A program made the translations under genes and the position numbers. Below the pieces are notes generated by a model. That model saw only the letters and a list, made by a program, of their open reading frames with translations. It was not told the origin of the DNA and made no database searches. Shown piece by piece: positions 14,654-28,605 of a stretch of 64,000 nt of DNA. Source of the stretch: Octopus vulgaris (taxonomy: Eukaryota); the NCBI GenBank assembly GCA_951406725.2, contig OX597816.1, forward strand, positions 44,330,001-44,394,000, given 5' to 3'. How positions within the stretch are numbered: position 1 is the first letter of the stretch; the number at the start of each line of letters is the position of its first letter.

Positions 14654-15310
14654 TGTTGTTGTTGTTGTTGATGTTGCTGCTGCTGCTGTTGTTGTTATGT
14701 CAGTTCATAAGATAGTGTATTGGCAGCAAAATCTTTATATTGTCTGACCAAATACTTTGCCATATTTCTTCCGACTCTCTACATTTATGAGTTCAAATCG
14801 TGTCGAGGTTAACTTTGCCTTTCATCTCTCTCTCTCATGGGAACGATAAAATAAAGTACCAATTAAATACTGGGGGTTGATGTAATCGTCTCTACCCCCC
14901 ATCTCCCAAAATTGCCGGTCTTGTACCTAAATTAGAGGTGTTTATTAGGTCCATAGATGTGATAATTGATATAGCCACGGACAAAATACTTAGTTGTATT
15001 TAGTTCCAACCGTTTAGATGCTGAGATTAAATTGCTCCAAGGTCAGCTTCGCCTTTCATCCTTCGTTCATCGATAAGGTAAATTACCAACCACGTTGTTG
15101 TCATCCATTATTATCTTTCTGAAAGCTGTAGCCGTGTGCATAATTGACAAATCATTACTATTATCCTGAAACGGGGGTATATAGCAGAATCGGTAGAGTA
15201 GTTGGATAAGTCGTTTTATTTTCTAAGCTTAATTCCTATAGGGGTTAAAAGCGCCTTTCATCAAACTAGGGTCAATAAAATAGATACAAATCAAATAGTG
15301 GAATCGATTT
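14351..15310 (+). mobile_element. Cluster of about 4 old, same-orientation SINE B copies with (TAG)n/(TTG)n spacers
   Basis: Repeated GAGTTCAAAT...TTGCCTTTCA...AAGTAC cores at about 14420, 14790, 15030 and 15240; alternative tail ...GGTCTTG..CCTA. Confidence 0.75.
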
Positions 15311-15634
15311 CATAGAATTTCTCTCTCCACCTTTCCCCAAGCATGCTGCGGTGTTAGAAAGATTCTATTCTGTAACAAGCTGCAATCCACACCGCAAATC
15401 ATGCACGCATACTCATATACTCTCATACACACACACACACGAATGCACATACACACGAATGCACATACACACACAAATGCACATACACACACACAAATGC
15501 ACAGACACACAGACATACAAATACACGCTGTTGAGCGTCAGTCCTTTGGTGTGTCTTATTTCTGGTTGATGTGGCAGTTAAATATACCTGCATTAATGTA
15601 TCATTGACAAAGTTGTTAAGAATGCCGAAGAAAG

Positions 15635-16052
15635 AGGAGTGGCTGTGTGGTAAGTAGCTTGCTTACCAACCACATGGTTCCGGGTTCAGTCCCACTGCGT
15701 GGCACCTTGGGCAAGTGTCTTCTACTATAGTCTCGGGCCGATCAAAGCCTTGTGAGTGGATTTGGTAGACGGAAACTGAAAGAAGCCCGTCGTATAAATG
15801 TATATATATATATATGTGTGTGTGTGCGTGTGTGTTTGTGTGTCTGTGTTTGTTCCCCTAGCATTGCTTGACAACCGATGCTGGTGTGTTTATGTCCCCG
15901 TCACTTAGCGGTTCGGCAAAAGAGACCGATAGAATACTGGGCTTACAAAGAATAAGTCCCGGGATCGAGTTGCTCGATTAAAGGCGGTGCTCCAGCATGG
16001 CCGCAGTCAAATGACTGAAACAAGTAAAAGAGTAAAAGAGTAAAGAGAGTAA
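15635..16052 (+). mobile_element. SINE family A, near full-length
   Basis: Head to (GTAAAAGA)n tail. Confidence 0.9.
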
Positions 16053-16999
16053 AATACAATGCTGTATCTAGTTGCGGATCTTCCCGTTTTGATTTCAAGT
16101 ACGGCCGAGGTCGACTCTACTTTTCATTGCTCCTCGGTCAAATACTGATGTCGACAAAACAACTAATTCTCCTGAAACCATCGTCTCAAAACAATTTTCT
16201 TACTTTGTGCCTACATAAGTTGATGAATTGGTAGATTCCCAAGAGCTCTTTTCTTGTAAGTTTCTTCGACACTTACTGTGTAATTTTCAATCATTGCTTT
16301 CTGAATTCTGACTTTTCCGAAGTCAACTTTACCTTTCGTTCTTTGAGGTTCTTGAAATAAGGGACCTGTCATGTATTAGTACCACTTTCTCTCTCTCTCC
16401 CTTTTTTCTCCCTCCCTCTCTCTCTTTCTTTCTTTCTTTCTTTCTCTCTTATTCTTTCAATCCCTCACCGAAAAAATGCTAGTCTCTGTAAAGATCGAAA
16501 TTAATCTCTTACTATGTCCCTGTTCTCCAAGAAATGGCGGAGTGATTAAGATAGGAGTCAGCAATCTCTTTATGTTTATCCTAATACTTATCCGGTCTAA
16601 AGGAATTAGAGAACTCGGATCTTCTTTCACCTTATGTGTTGAACAGCATGGAATGTTTTGCAAAAATCTACGATTCGATCATTCAATATGCCTTGCACTT
16701 TTCAGAGGTTAGAATGTTAGGTGTGGGAGAAACGGTTGCAATTTCTCTCAAATGCTTCTCGGCAATTTGGTTTGTGTTTTCCGGCAGTTCTAGCAGACGC
16801 AACCAGCAACTTCAGTCAACACTAGTTGTCATCATCTATAAAAATTCTAAGTGAGCTGCTGCAATTCCTGGTAAAGGAATCGCCACACTTGGGAAATATT
16901 ATTTTACTTCATATTAAGGAAAGTAAAGATAGATATGTCACATAACAATGTTTATTCAATAGCTAAGCATTCATTCCGATTTTCTGAAACAGGACCCAA

Positions 17000-18150
17000 A
17001 GAAATTAAATTATTATAATCCATGGATTCGTTTTTCCTAAGATCAAGTAGAAGAGAAAATTAGGGCATCTCTCAATGTTGAGGAGAAAAAATTATGCAAA
17101 CACTTTGTAATTTTCATTTCTAAATTAATCACTGGCATGTGTTTAAAAATGCAAATTAGCCTGAAGTTGAAAGATAATGCATGCAGATCTTAATAAACTA
17201 CTGGATTTGGCTAAATGAAACGAATCATGGCTCTAACAAGTCAACTGAAACTATGGAAAGAATCATAAAACACATTCACAAACAAAATCCGAACTAAATG
17301 TATGGTAAATGATGTGTGTTGTTCTCAGCGAGTGTGTCTAAAAGTATAACAAAATGTGGAGTTTATAAAAGGTAAACAACGCCTTAAAAACAGAAACTAC
17401 GAAACTCACCAGTTGTAAAAAACAGATTACGGAATAAGTCAATGTTTGTGAGAGTATTTAAAGAAACTGACTGAATGGCATGGAATTTATCCAAGGAAAA
17501 ACCCGTACTAACACTTAAACTAAACAAGTGGTTTCAGTGGGTTAATGATACATTCAGTGATAAATCCCGAATTCTCTTTGGTTTTGGAAATGATGCTACA
17601 AATTTTGTTTGGTGTCATTCTTATAAAATATATAAATATGGCTGCAGTAAGTAAACAAACCAAATTTCTAACTCATTTGTATGTCTTTGCATATTAGATT
17701 AAAGACCATGGGAGATAACAATCATTATTTCAACTGCGAATGTAGAAGTTTAAAATGAAATTTTGGACAAGTTTCTCGTCCCATCAATCGTAGATATGTT
17801 CAGTGATGAAGCAGTAATTTTTTTTTTCAGGATGCTAAGCAGTCATGTTACAGACCTAAGAGCATCATTAGAGATTTTTACATGCAAAATTTACAAAAGA
17901 CACAGCAATTCAGTCACGAACAGAAAACAGATCGGATATCAATCTGATTGAAATCTATGTTGATTTTTTTTTAATGGTGCATGACTAGACTCCCTGCTAC
18001 AAAGCCTACCTGTCACCTGATATTCCAGATATATGGAACTACTTCGATGGGGAATATCGATTTTTATTGGTGAAATCCTTCAAAGACATCAAGCTGTCAT
18101 AAAAGCTCGAGAACAGAATACTAATGGTGAAAATTTTAACTTTTATTTAT
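17000..18150 (+). mobile_element. Highly decayed Tc1-like transposase
   Basis: Fragments TFSDKSRI (about 17548), LDKFLVPSIVDMFSDEAVIFF-QDAKQSCYRPKS (17763-17862) and NRSDINLIEI (about 17927) match the order of the FSDE, QDDNAPCH and SPDLNPIE motifs; boundaries approximate. Confidence 0.65.
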
Positions 18151-18319
18151 CAGCTTCTTTTTTGTCGATGACTTCATAATTTTTCCTAAACATAGAATTA
18201 ATTCATAAATTTTCAAACATTGATCGTTGTCCTACCTTTTCTCAACTCGATCTAGAGAAAACCGAAGACATTAATTCAAATAATTTGCTCGAATATGGTT
18301 TCAATACATTTCACAACGT

Positions 18320-18570
18320 GGATGCGCGTGGCTTAGTGGTTAGGGTGTCAGCATCATGATCGTAAGATTGTGGTTTCGATTCCTGGACCGGGCGACGCGT
18401 TGTGTTCTTGAGCAAAACACTTCATTTCATGTTGCTCCAGTCCACTCAGCTGGCAAAAATGGGTAACGCTGCGATGGACTGGCATCCCGTCCAACTGGGG
18501 AACACATACGCCATAGAAACCGGGAAACCGGGCCCATGAGACTGGCTAGGCTTTAAAAGGGCGCATTTAT
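18320..18570 (+). mobile_element. SINE family D (tRNA head, distinct body)
   Basis: A box TGGCTTAGTGG, B box GGTTTCGATTCC, body TTGTGTTCTTGAGCAAAACACTT...CTGCGATGGACTGGCATCCCGTCC. Confidence 0.75.
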
Positions 18571-18916
18571 ATGATTTTTTACATTTCACCACACCACAAT
18601 TCTGGGCTTCAGCAATTAAACAAAAATTACTTTTTGTCATGTCTGTAGTTGGTTTATTTGTTATGAATTAAAAAAACAAAACTTGGTAAAATGTACTCTA
18701 AAACCGCTGATACCATAATTTCTGTCAAAGATTGTATAAAGTAGTGTAAGCAGATATAATAACATAGTTTAGTGGTATTGTGGGTGAGAATACAGTCACA
18801 TCAACGTAACGATACGAAAATAGGCGAGTGTAGTGAGAAATATATAATTTACAACAGTTTCAGTTAATAAAGTAAGACCGTTCACAATCATCACAACCAA
18901 TGTACTGACACTGCTA

Positions 18917-18966
<50 letters not shown>

Positions 18967-19254
18967 TGTCTGGTGGTTGTGATGAGAGATATAGTTGTGA
19001 CTGGTTGTTGCTAAGAGAAGAGATCCGTTACTTGAATGGCATGCTGACACAAAACAGACATTGCGTGTGTTACTTATAACTTATCTATGGATAAGAGTTT
19101 ATTTGTATTCTATTCGGAAGTATTCAATGAATAAACGACTTCATTCCATAAACTAGGATATGGTATGAATATATGTTTATACACGCAAGCTGACACACTA
19201 ATACGTACATTGTGTCTAGTGTACTTATATCTACACTTCTATATCTTTATATCT

Positions 19255-19500
<246 letters not shown>

Positions 19501-19790
19501 AGGGGGAGAGTTCACGAAAAAAAGAACAAAAGGCGAAGACAGGTGGTGTACAAAACAAACAGATGTATTAGTATAATAACGCTCAGGAATTGAAAAAGTC
19601 CTTTACGTTTCGAGCCTACGCTCTTCTACAGAAAGGGACACGGAAAAAAAACAAGGAGAGAAAAAAATGTGTGTAGTGGCTACCGATCTATCATGGCGAC
19701 TGCCGGACAGAAGGGTCACACAGGAGAGAGAAGAAATAGGAGGGATAACAAAGTAAAGATGACCCCCAACTCGAAGGTGCGTGTGTGTAT
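19501..19790 (-). mobile_element. Probable Penelope-like terminal region with a degenerate hammerhead motif
   Basis: Abuts (TA)n; minus strand CTGTAGA-A-GAGC-GTAG-GCTC-GAAACGTA; inverted partial homolog at 47005-47060. Confidence 0.5.
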
Positions 19791-21256
19791 AAGAGAGTAC
19801 GTGTGTGCGTGTGAAAGAGGGCTGGTGGTTTTGACGTGTGCGTGTATGTGTGTGAAAATGTGGGGATGGGAATTGGTCAGTGCTGGTGTGTGGGTGGTGT
19901 GTTGTGATGTGATGTGTAATGTTGTATGGTGTAGTGTGGTGTGGTGTGATGTTTTTGGGAGGTGGGGGAGTCGAGAGTGTGGAAAGCACGAGTGGGTGTG
20001 GGTTCGGCTGAGGGTTGGGATAGAGTTAGGGTATGTGGGTGGGGGTACAGGTAGGGTTTGTGGGTAGGCAGATGGTGGGGGTAGAGGTGGGGTATGTGGG
20101 AGAGGGTGTAGGGGATAGGATGGGGGATGGGAAGGAAAGGGAAGGACGGGAGGGGATGGGGGATGGGAAGGATAGGATGGGAAGGTGATGGGAAGGTGGA
20201 GTAGGAATGTGTAGGGGTGGGGTTGGCTTATGTGGGAGGGTTGACGATGAACGGGGAAGGGGAAGGTGTGTAGTGAGGAGAAAGAGTAAGAGAGAAGAGA
20301 GAATAGAGAAAGAGAATGATAGAAAGAGAGAAAGAGAAAGTGAAAGAATAGGAGAGAAGTTGAAAGAGTAAGAGAGAAGAGAGAAAGAGAGTAAGAGAGA
20401 AAAGAGAAAGAGAGTAAGGGTGAAGAGAAGTATGGTAGTGTCGATGCTCTCTTTGTTGATAAATTAGAGATAATTCAACCGATACATATTTTAATATATC
20501 TCATTATTGGTGGGGGGATTAATACTGGTTAAATTTTCAATGAGAGTATAGTTTTTTAAAGGGTACTATTTGCTTGACTAAATATGATACTTAAAAAAGT
20601 AGATGTTGGTAAATTTGATGGTGAGAGATATATCAGGTATCAAATTTTGTTGTCAGTTCTCTTCAGCGCTGATTCCTACATGGCGAAAAGCGAAGAGGGG
20701 ACTCTAATTCCTTTACATACGGTGGATAAAATGGCACGGAATTTGGTGAACCTACACCAATATTTTATCTTAGCTACACTAGAAGGGACACCCATAAGCA
20801 TTCAGCCCTGTGCAGATACGACTGGATGGCAAACTCTAGAAATATGGACAGCTATACCATTGTTCTAGGCCAAAAACAAAAGCATATCTTAAACGTTTCC
20901 GGCTTAAAGATACAAAATAATTATATATAACTGTCGCCGCCAATTAATAGAGGACACACGCAAACACGTGCAGATGAAGAGAGAGAGAGAGAGAGAGTGG
21001 TGGGAGAGGGGAAATACATGTTTATGTGTATGTGTGTGTGTGCATATGTAAAAGGAAACACGCACTTACATATTCGCGTGCAAGAGCGCACATATATAGA
21101 CACACTCGTATATAGTTATATATAGCTTTCAATCCCAAAGACAACATAGTAGACACTACGATACTCTTGCTATGTGCTTTTGAATTTTAAGTAGCCACCA
21201 AGGGGGATAGCCAATCATTCGGCTCTTCCAGCCTTGACGCTGAGAAATATCGAGGA

Positions 21257-21647
21257 CTAGCAGTATCGCCCGGCGTTGCTCGGGTTTGTTTCGAACCTTT
21301 AGAATTGGAATTTTTGACAAGTAAAAATTTTGCATTATGTAGCTTGTTATTCTCTTTAAGTGACCATTTTTCTGGTTGAAATACACCGAAAAATTGTGAC
21401 ACATCAGTAAAAAAATCGTAAAAAGTAGGGATTTTCATAGAAAAAAAGCGCCTTTTTGGTGTAAATAATTTTTTTGTGTTAACATTGTCCGATTTGAAAT
21501 TTTTCTTCTACGGAAGGAAGAGCAAGCCTTCTTCTATCATACTCTCAATTTCGGTCAACTTGTGCCGCAGGGTCTCGGAGGAGATAGTGTTCGTTGAAGG
21601 TTACCAAACCTGTCATACACAGACAACTTCAGCTTTATATATATAGA
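21257..21647 (-). mobile_element. Non-autonomous Helitron
   Basis: 5' TCTATATATATAAAGCTGAAGTTGT; 3' CCCGAGCAACGCCGGGCGATACTGCTAG; inserted between A and T. Confidence 0.85.
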
Positions 21648-22150
21648 TAGATATCGCAGCTGGAGAGAGAAGAGTGAATCAGCCGTAGGTTGGTGATAAA
21701 TTTCTGCAGTCAACTGGTTTTGTCGAAACCACTTTATGAACGTGGAGCCAACATTCTAAGCAGGAGACTACCCGCTATAACACACACACACACATGCATT
21801 TATATAAGTGTGCATGTATAAATATATAGCTAGGCGGGCAGAGAAGCTTTCTCCCTGCGTGGAAACGTCTGTTTGTTGCAGAGCGTTATCCAATTACAGC
21901 TGAGTGGACCGGAGCAACTGGAGGTGAAGTATTTTTGCTTAATGACATATCTATCTACAAATCGAAACCGTGATTTTTCGATCGCGAGTGCAACACGCTA
22001 ACCACCTTCCCATGCACATTCACACAGGTAATATTGATATGTAGTTCGGCTTATTCTCAATCTATGTCTCTTATCTCACACATTCTCTCTCTCTCTCTCT
22101 TTCACTCTATTTCTACATGAGCACACAATAGCGCGCGCACACACAGGCAA

Positions 22151-22186
<36 letters not shown>

Positions 22187-22356
22187 CATACATACATACA
22201 TACATACATACATACATACATACATACATACATGTATATACACATATATGCATATATATATATACATACAAACATATATGTGTATATATAACATATAATA
22301 TAGATATAGATAGATACATACATACACACGTATCTATATGTGTGTGTATATGCATA

Positions 22357-22455
<99 letters not shown>

Positions 22456-23021
22456 TAAGGGTACGTGTGGGTTTTCACACGAGAGTTCTTTGTTAAGATT
22501 CCTACCTTAGCCTGTTCAAATATATAATTTGTAATGATTTTCAACAACGTTGATTACTTTGTAATAATATCCAAGTTAAAGAGCATGAAATAGGAAATAC
22601 AAGAACGTTTCTTAAACAGTGATTTGTTTGCGAAGATAAAGTGCGATATCTCATCAGAAATATGGACAGATTGAATAACCTATTTCGCTCTGTTACTTCG
22701 CTACATTACTCTTATTACAGACCAACTGATATCATATGTCTAATATCTAAATATATTGATCATCTATACTCACTCTCACACACACAGAAATAAACGCGTG
22801 CTTACCCACCTAAACATATTATACTAACAATATTAAACATATACGCATGCAGGTATATGTGTGTGTATGTATATATATATATATACATATATATGCATGT
22901 ATTATAATACATATATACTTATGGAAAGTCAGGTAACTTTATGTATGATAGTGTTTAAAAAATGTATATAGATAGATAGATGGCTATCTGCACATCTGTA
23001 TATATATGTATATATATACAC

Positions 23022-23094
<73 letters not shown>

Positions 23095-23236
23095 ATGTAT
23101 ATATATGTTTATATATGTGTGTGTATGTCTGTGTATAAACTATATTTGTGCATATACACAAATTCCTTAAAATATAAATTACACCGTGTATTTATATATA
23201 CATATAGAAGGGCATACTCATGAAATTTGCATATAT

Positions 23237-23632
23237 GGGCATAGGAGTGCCATTGTGGTAAGTAGCTTGTTTACCAACCACATGGTTCCGGGTTCAGGGC
23301 AAGTGTCTTCTACTATAGCCTCTGGTCGACAAAAGCCTTGTAAGTAAATTTGGTAGATAGAAACTGAAAGAAACCCGGCGTATAAATGTATATATATATG
23401 TGTGTGTGTGTGTATATGTTTGTGTGTATATGTTTGTGTGTCAGTGTTTGTCCCCCCCCCCCCAACATCGCTTGACAACCGATGCTGGTTTGTTTACGTA
23501 ACTTAGCGGTTCGGCAGAAGAGACGGATGGAATAAGTACTAGGCTTACAAAGAATAAGTCCTGGAATCGATTCGCTCGACTAAAGGCGGTGCTCCAGCAT
23601 GGCCACAGTCAAATGACTGAAACAAGTAAATA
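23237..23632 (+). mobile_element. SINE family A with small internal deletion
   Basis: Head-to-tail match. Confidence 0.85.
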
Positions 23633-23736
23633 AGTATATATATAAGCCAGTTTTATTTGTGTAAACTCTTGTAGATATGTATGTATAAAATCTTTGTACA
23701 TACGCATACACGCAAACACACACACGTATTTCTGTA

Positions 23737-23776
<40 letters not shown>

Positions 23777-23850
23777 GATTACAATGAACAAAGAAAAATA
23801 AAACAAAGCGCAACAATAGTTATAGCCAGTCAAATGTTATCACTCTGATA

Positions 23851-24056
23851 TTATTATTATTATTATTCTATGTTTGACTTTTGCTTTATGTCTGTACAAG
23901 TTGGCTCCAAGTCTCACCCAGAGACCTCAAAAGACAAGAGGTTGGAAGTTCTGTGCCATATATTTGGGGGTTTTTTTGGGGTTTTTTTTTTGTGTTGTAC
24001 TAGTGAATGTCTAATACATAAAAATAAAATAAAAAAAATAAAAAATAAAATAAAAT

Positions 24057-24089
<33 letters not shown>

Positions 24090-24263
24090 AGTTTGTTTTA
24101 AACCTTGGGATTACATAGAGAGTATTTTGCGTAGGATATGAGCAGTTCCCATGAGCACTATCTTTTGAATTTCTGCCATTTTGGGGTTTCCTGGTATCTG
24201 AGTTAGGTTAGCAATTAGTCCCTTTCGCTATAATTCCCAGGGCATCTATGACAACAGGTATTG

Positions 24264-24266
<3 letters not shown>
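23851..24266 (-). mobile_element. 3' end of an RLE-type non-LTR retrotransposon (R4/Dong-like) between TAA arrays
   Basis: KTIPVVIDALGIIAKG...IPGNPKMAEIQKIVLMGTAHILRKILSM* (stop at 24111-24113), then a 3' UTR ending in (TAA)n; the 5' junction also lies in (TAA)n. Confidence 0.8.
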
Positions 24267-24345
<79 letters not shown>

Positions 24346-24386
24346 TTTTATATATTTATATATGCATATGTATTTATATATGTATA

Positions 24387-24426
<40 letters not shown>

Positions 24427-24444
24427 CACACACATAGAATAGAC

Positions 24445-26147
24445 AAAGAAACCCGGGTTATAAAAAACATTAAGTCACACCCAAAGGCCTTCTTTCATTA
24501 TGCGAAAGAAACAGCCTCAGTACACTTCAAGATAGGACCCCTTTCCAAAAGGATAGTTCCCTCAAAGATAGTCCAACCAGGATCAGTGAGGTACCGAATG
24601 ACCAGTTTCAAAGTGTCTTTACCACGCCGTTCGAACAAAGACAAGTGAACGAACCAGTGGATTTCTTTGCCGCCTCACCTATAACCATTGAGGCAATCGC
24701 GATGGATTATATCGACATGAACGAAGAAGATATACGACTAGCCATAGACGAGATGGACGCAAACTCAACTGCTGGTCCTGATAGTTTCCCAGCAATCCTC
24801 CTCAAATTGCGTAAACGTGACCTGACGAAACCTCTACAGATTGTCTTCCAGAGCTTTCTTGCAAATGACAGGCTGCCAAGCAAGCTGAAGGAGGGAATAA
24901 TATGCCCAATGCATAAAAAGGGAAGCAGAGCAGATGCCATAAACTATAAGCCTATCTCTCTGACTTCACACATCAGCAAGTTATGGAATGGTTAGTCAGA
25001 AGGGAAGGAATCGCATTCTTTGAAGAAAACAACTTGCTGAGTGATACCCAGCATGGCTTTCGACCAGGTAGGAGCTGCCTGACCCAACTCTTACAGCACT
25101 ATAAATGGGTGTTGAGGCAATAATATGCAGTTTAATGCTGAAATATTCCAAGCCCTGCGCTACCAGCGTCCAACATTGAATATAAAACTGGTCCACAGGG
25201 GATTACAATCCCAGAGCCTATATCCGTAAGGGACCTGGGTATCTACATGAGTGATGATACCTCTGTCTCCAAGTGTACATTACCAGAATGGCCACAAAGT
25301 ACAGACGATTTGCTGGCTGAGGTCCCGAGGACGTTCAGAACCAGAGAGAAGGAAACTATTATGGTCTTCTGGAGGACATTCATCCTCAGCCGCCTTGACT
25401 ACAACTCCCAGCTATGGTCATCCAACAGTGTAAAATTAACAGTGGACCTTGAAGCAATCCAGCGAAGATTAACAAAGAATATCGTCTCTTTGCAACAGTT
25501 CAGCTACTGGGAAAGGCTGAAACAGCAAAGACTCTACTCCCTGGAGTGAAGGCGGGAGAGGTATGCAATAATAACAAATCATAACGATATCGAGAATAGC
25601 TTGCACGAACCCAAATAAATAAAAATCTTGATTAACCAACAAAGAAAGTTATAGATAATCCTATAGAAATATTCAAACAACCACCTCCAGAAAACAACAA
25701 TCCACACAAAAATCTTATAAACAAAATATTTCCATATTCAGCCATAAACAACAGTAAATATCCCATTGCTCCATACTCGAGATTAAACCCAGAAATGTTG
25801 GCATTGAAAATTACACCAATGCCAGAACGGGTCGACACTGGACGGTGCCAAGGATCCCCAAAATGCCATCGCACTTCAGGACTAGTTACTTTTTAATATC
25901 CTCCCAAAGAAACTGAGGGACCTACACAAAGTGCATGTAAGTGTTTTCAAATCAAAATTGGGACCTCTTCCTGTCGAGAGTCCCAGATGAAATTACCTCG
26001 AGGCAAGAGGTGCAAATGAGGGTAGCGACATGAAACCCCCTTATTCACTAAATGGTCACATACTAGAGGAGGCTGTCAATGTTAACAAAGTAGCAAAACG
26101 GCGTTGCCCCAGTATGGACGCATCTCTGAACTGAAACTACGAAAATA

Positions 26148-26150
<3 letters not shown>
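24445..26150 (+). mobile_element. CR1-like LINE ORF2 remnant with internal RT deletion and retained 3' end
   Basis: AGPDSFPAILLK, YKPISLTSHISK, QHGFRPGRSCLTQLL, VRDLGIYM, LSRLDYNSQLWS, LEAIQRRLTK, YWERLK..LYSLE*RRER; multiple stops and frameshifts. Confidence 0.85.
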
Positions 26151-26204
<54 letters not shown>

Positions 26205-26506
26205 CATACATAAATACATATGTAGATATTATTTACATGCATTTAAATACAATAGTATATATATATATGTGTGTGTGTGTGTATGTACATGTATAATTTC
26301 ATTTACAATAGTGTACATATACATATACTCACTCGCACATATATAAAACATATTTACCAGTACGTATATGTAGACGTGTATACATCCATGCACCGAAATA
26401 CACACACACACACACACCTACACATATATACTAACAGCTTTTTAGTGCATATATGTATATGCTATTGTGCTTTCATGCATTTATGCTTATGGTTTTGTAT
26501 ACTATA

Positions 26507-26551
<45 letters not shown>

Positions 26552-27240
26552 ATGTGTGTATGTATGTATGTATATATACTCTATTTAGTTTGAAATAACT
26601 CAATAGTTTTTGCCATTATTGGCTTAATATCAACAATCTCCATCGCATAAGCGATATCAATGCATAACAGTCGCTGGCGTGTATTTTATATCTTATTTTT
26701 ATTTCATGATTTATACCATTCTACTATTACCGTTATCTGTGATATCAATATTACTGAGTTGAAGAATTATATCTGGCTATCCGATAGGGGATTTTAATAT
26801 AGAACCTCCAATGATTCATACAGTACCGCTGTGTATCATATATAAGAAGCTCTCACGTGAATGTTTATGCCACACTATTCCACACCCTACCATACCGTGC
26901 AGAACAGTATTGCAGTATAGTGTATTTTGTTATATTTCCACAGATATACCCTAAAAGATATGAACTTCTCTTAAGTTCAGTAACTCCAATCACGCGATAT
27001 CGATACGAGTTAACGTTTTGTTATATCTAATACATTTGCTGATACTTGGAATATTAGAAGTTATATTTCAAACAATTTTGGTTTTGGCTTTGTGGTAAGA
27101 TGTTTGCTTCCCAACCACATGGTTTCATGTTCAAGCTCCACTGCGTAGAGCACATGAAACAGATCCTCTTACAAAGCATACCTTTGTTAGGGGTGGTGGT
27201 GTGTAGTTATGTCTTTGTAGGTGTGTGTGTTTATGTTTGT

Positions 27241-27968
27241 TATTTTTTTATTGCTCACAAGCGCTAAACATAGAGGGGGCAAACAAGCACAGACAAAGGG
27301 ATTAAGTCGATTACATCGACCCCAGTGCTTAACTGGTACTTAATTTATCGAACCCGAAAGGACTAAAGGCAAAGCCAACATCGCGCGGAATTTGAACTCA
27401 GAATTTAAAGACAGACGAAATACTGCCCAGCATTTCGCCTAACGCAGACAAACGGATTAAGACGATTACATCGACCCCAGTGCGTAACTGGTACTTATTT
27501 AATCGACCCCGAAAGGATGAAAGGCAAAGTCGACCTCGGCGGAATTTGAACTCAGAACGTAGCGGCTGACGAAATACCTATTTCTTTACTACCCACAAGG
27601 GGCTAAACACAGAGGAGACAAACAAGGACATACAAACGGATTAAGTTGATTATATCGACCCCAGTGCGTAATTGGTACTTAATTTATCGACCCCGAAATG
27701 GTGAAAGGCAAAGTCGACCTCGGCGCAGACGAAATACATATTTCTTTTACTACCCACGAGGGGCTAAACATAGAGAGGACAAATAAGGACAGACAAACGG
27801 ATTAAGTCGATTACATGGACTTCAGTGCTTAACTGAACTTAATTTATGGATCCCGAAAGGATGAAAGGCAAAGTCGACCTCGGCGGAATTTAAACTCAGA
27901 ACGTAACAGCTGACGAAATACTGATAAGCGTTTCACCAGGCGTGCTAACGTTTCTGCCAGCTCGCCGC
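27241..27968 (-). mobile_element. Tandem array of 4 SINE B bodies with a single complete head
   Basis: Units at about 27241-27444, 27445-27578, 27579-27738 and 27739-27968; junctions GAAATAC(C/A)TATTTC at 27571 and 27731. Confidence 0.85.
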
Positions 27969-28212
27969 TATGTGTGTGTGTGTATATTTGTGTCCACTCC
28001 CCCACTAACGAATAACCGGTGCTAGTTTGTTTACGTCCCCGTGAATTTGCGGCTGGGCAAAAGAAGCTAATAGAATACGTAACAATTATCAAAAGGAAGA
28101 AAAGAAAAAAAGCAGAAGAAAAAGAATAAAGAAAAGAAAAAAGTACTGGAATTGATTTGTTCGATTTTATTCTTCCAAGCGGTAACCTCGCAATGACTGA
28201 AATAAATAAAGA

Positions 28213-28605
28213 ATGGATGGAAGCACTCCGTCGGTTACGACGATGTGGGTTCCGGTTGATCCGAATCAACGGAACAGCCTGCTCGTGAAATTAACGTGTA
28301 AGTGGCTGAGCACTCCACAGACACGCGCACCCTTAACGTAGTTCTCGGGGATATTCAGCGTGACACAGAGAGTGACAAGGCCGGACCCTTGAAATACAGG
28401 TACAACAGAAACAGGAACTAAGAGTGAGAGAAAGTTGTGGTGAAAGAGTACAGCAGGGATCACCACCCACCCCCTGTCGGAGCCTCGTGGAGCTTTTTTA
28501 AGGTGTTTTCGCTCAATAAACACTCACAACGCCCGGTCTGGGAATCGAAACCGCGATCTTATGACCGCGAGTCCGCTGCCCTAACCACTGGGCCATTGAG
28601 CCTCC
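28213..28605 (-). mobile_element. SINE family C, tail type 1
   Basis: tRNA-like head TGGCCCAGTGGTTAGGGCAGCGGACTCGCGG...GGTTTCGATTCCC; full homolog at 55362-55742. Confidence 0.85.

Noticed and set aside
20584-20868. 94-aa ORF, and similar ORFs at 16476-16712 and 51816-52280
   Set aside because: No recognisable motifs or consistent splice signals; lengths are compatible with chance
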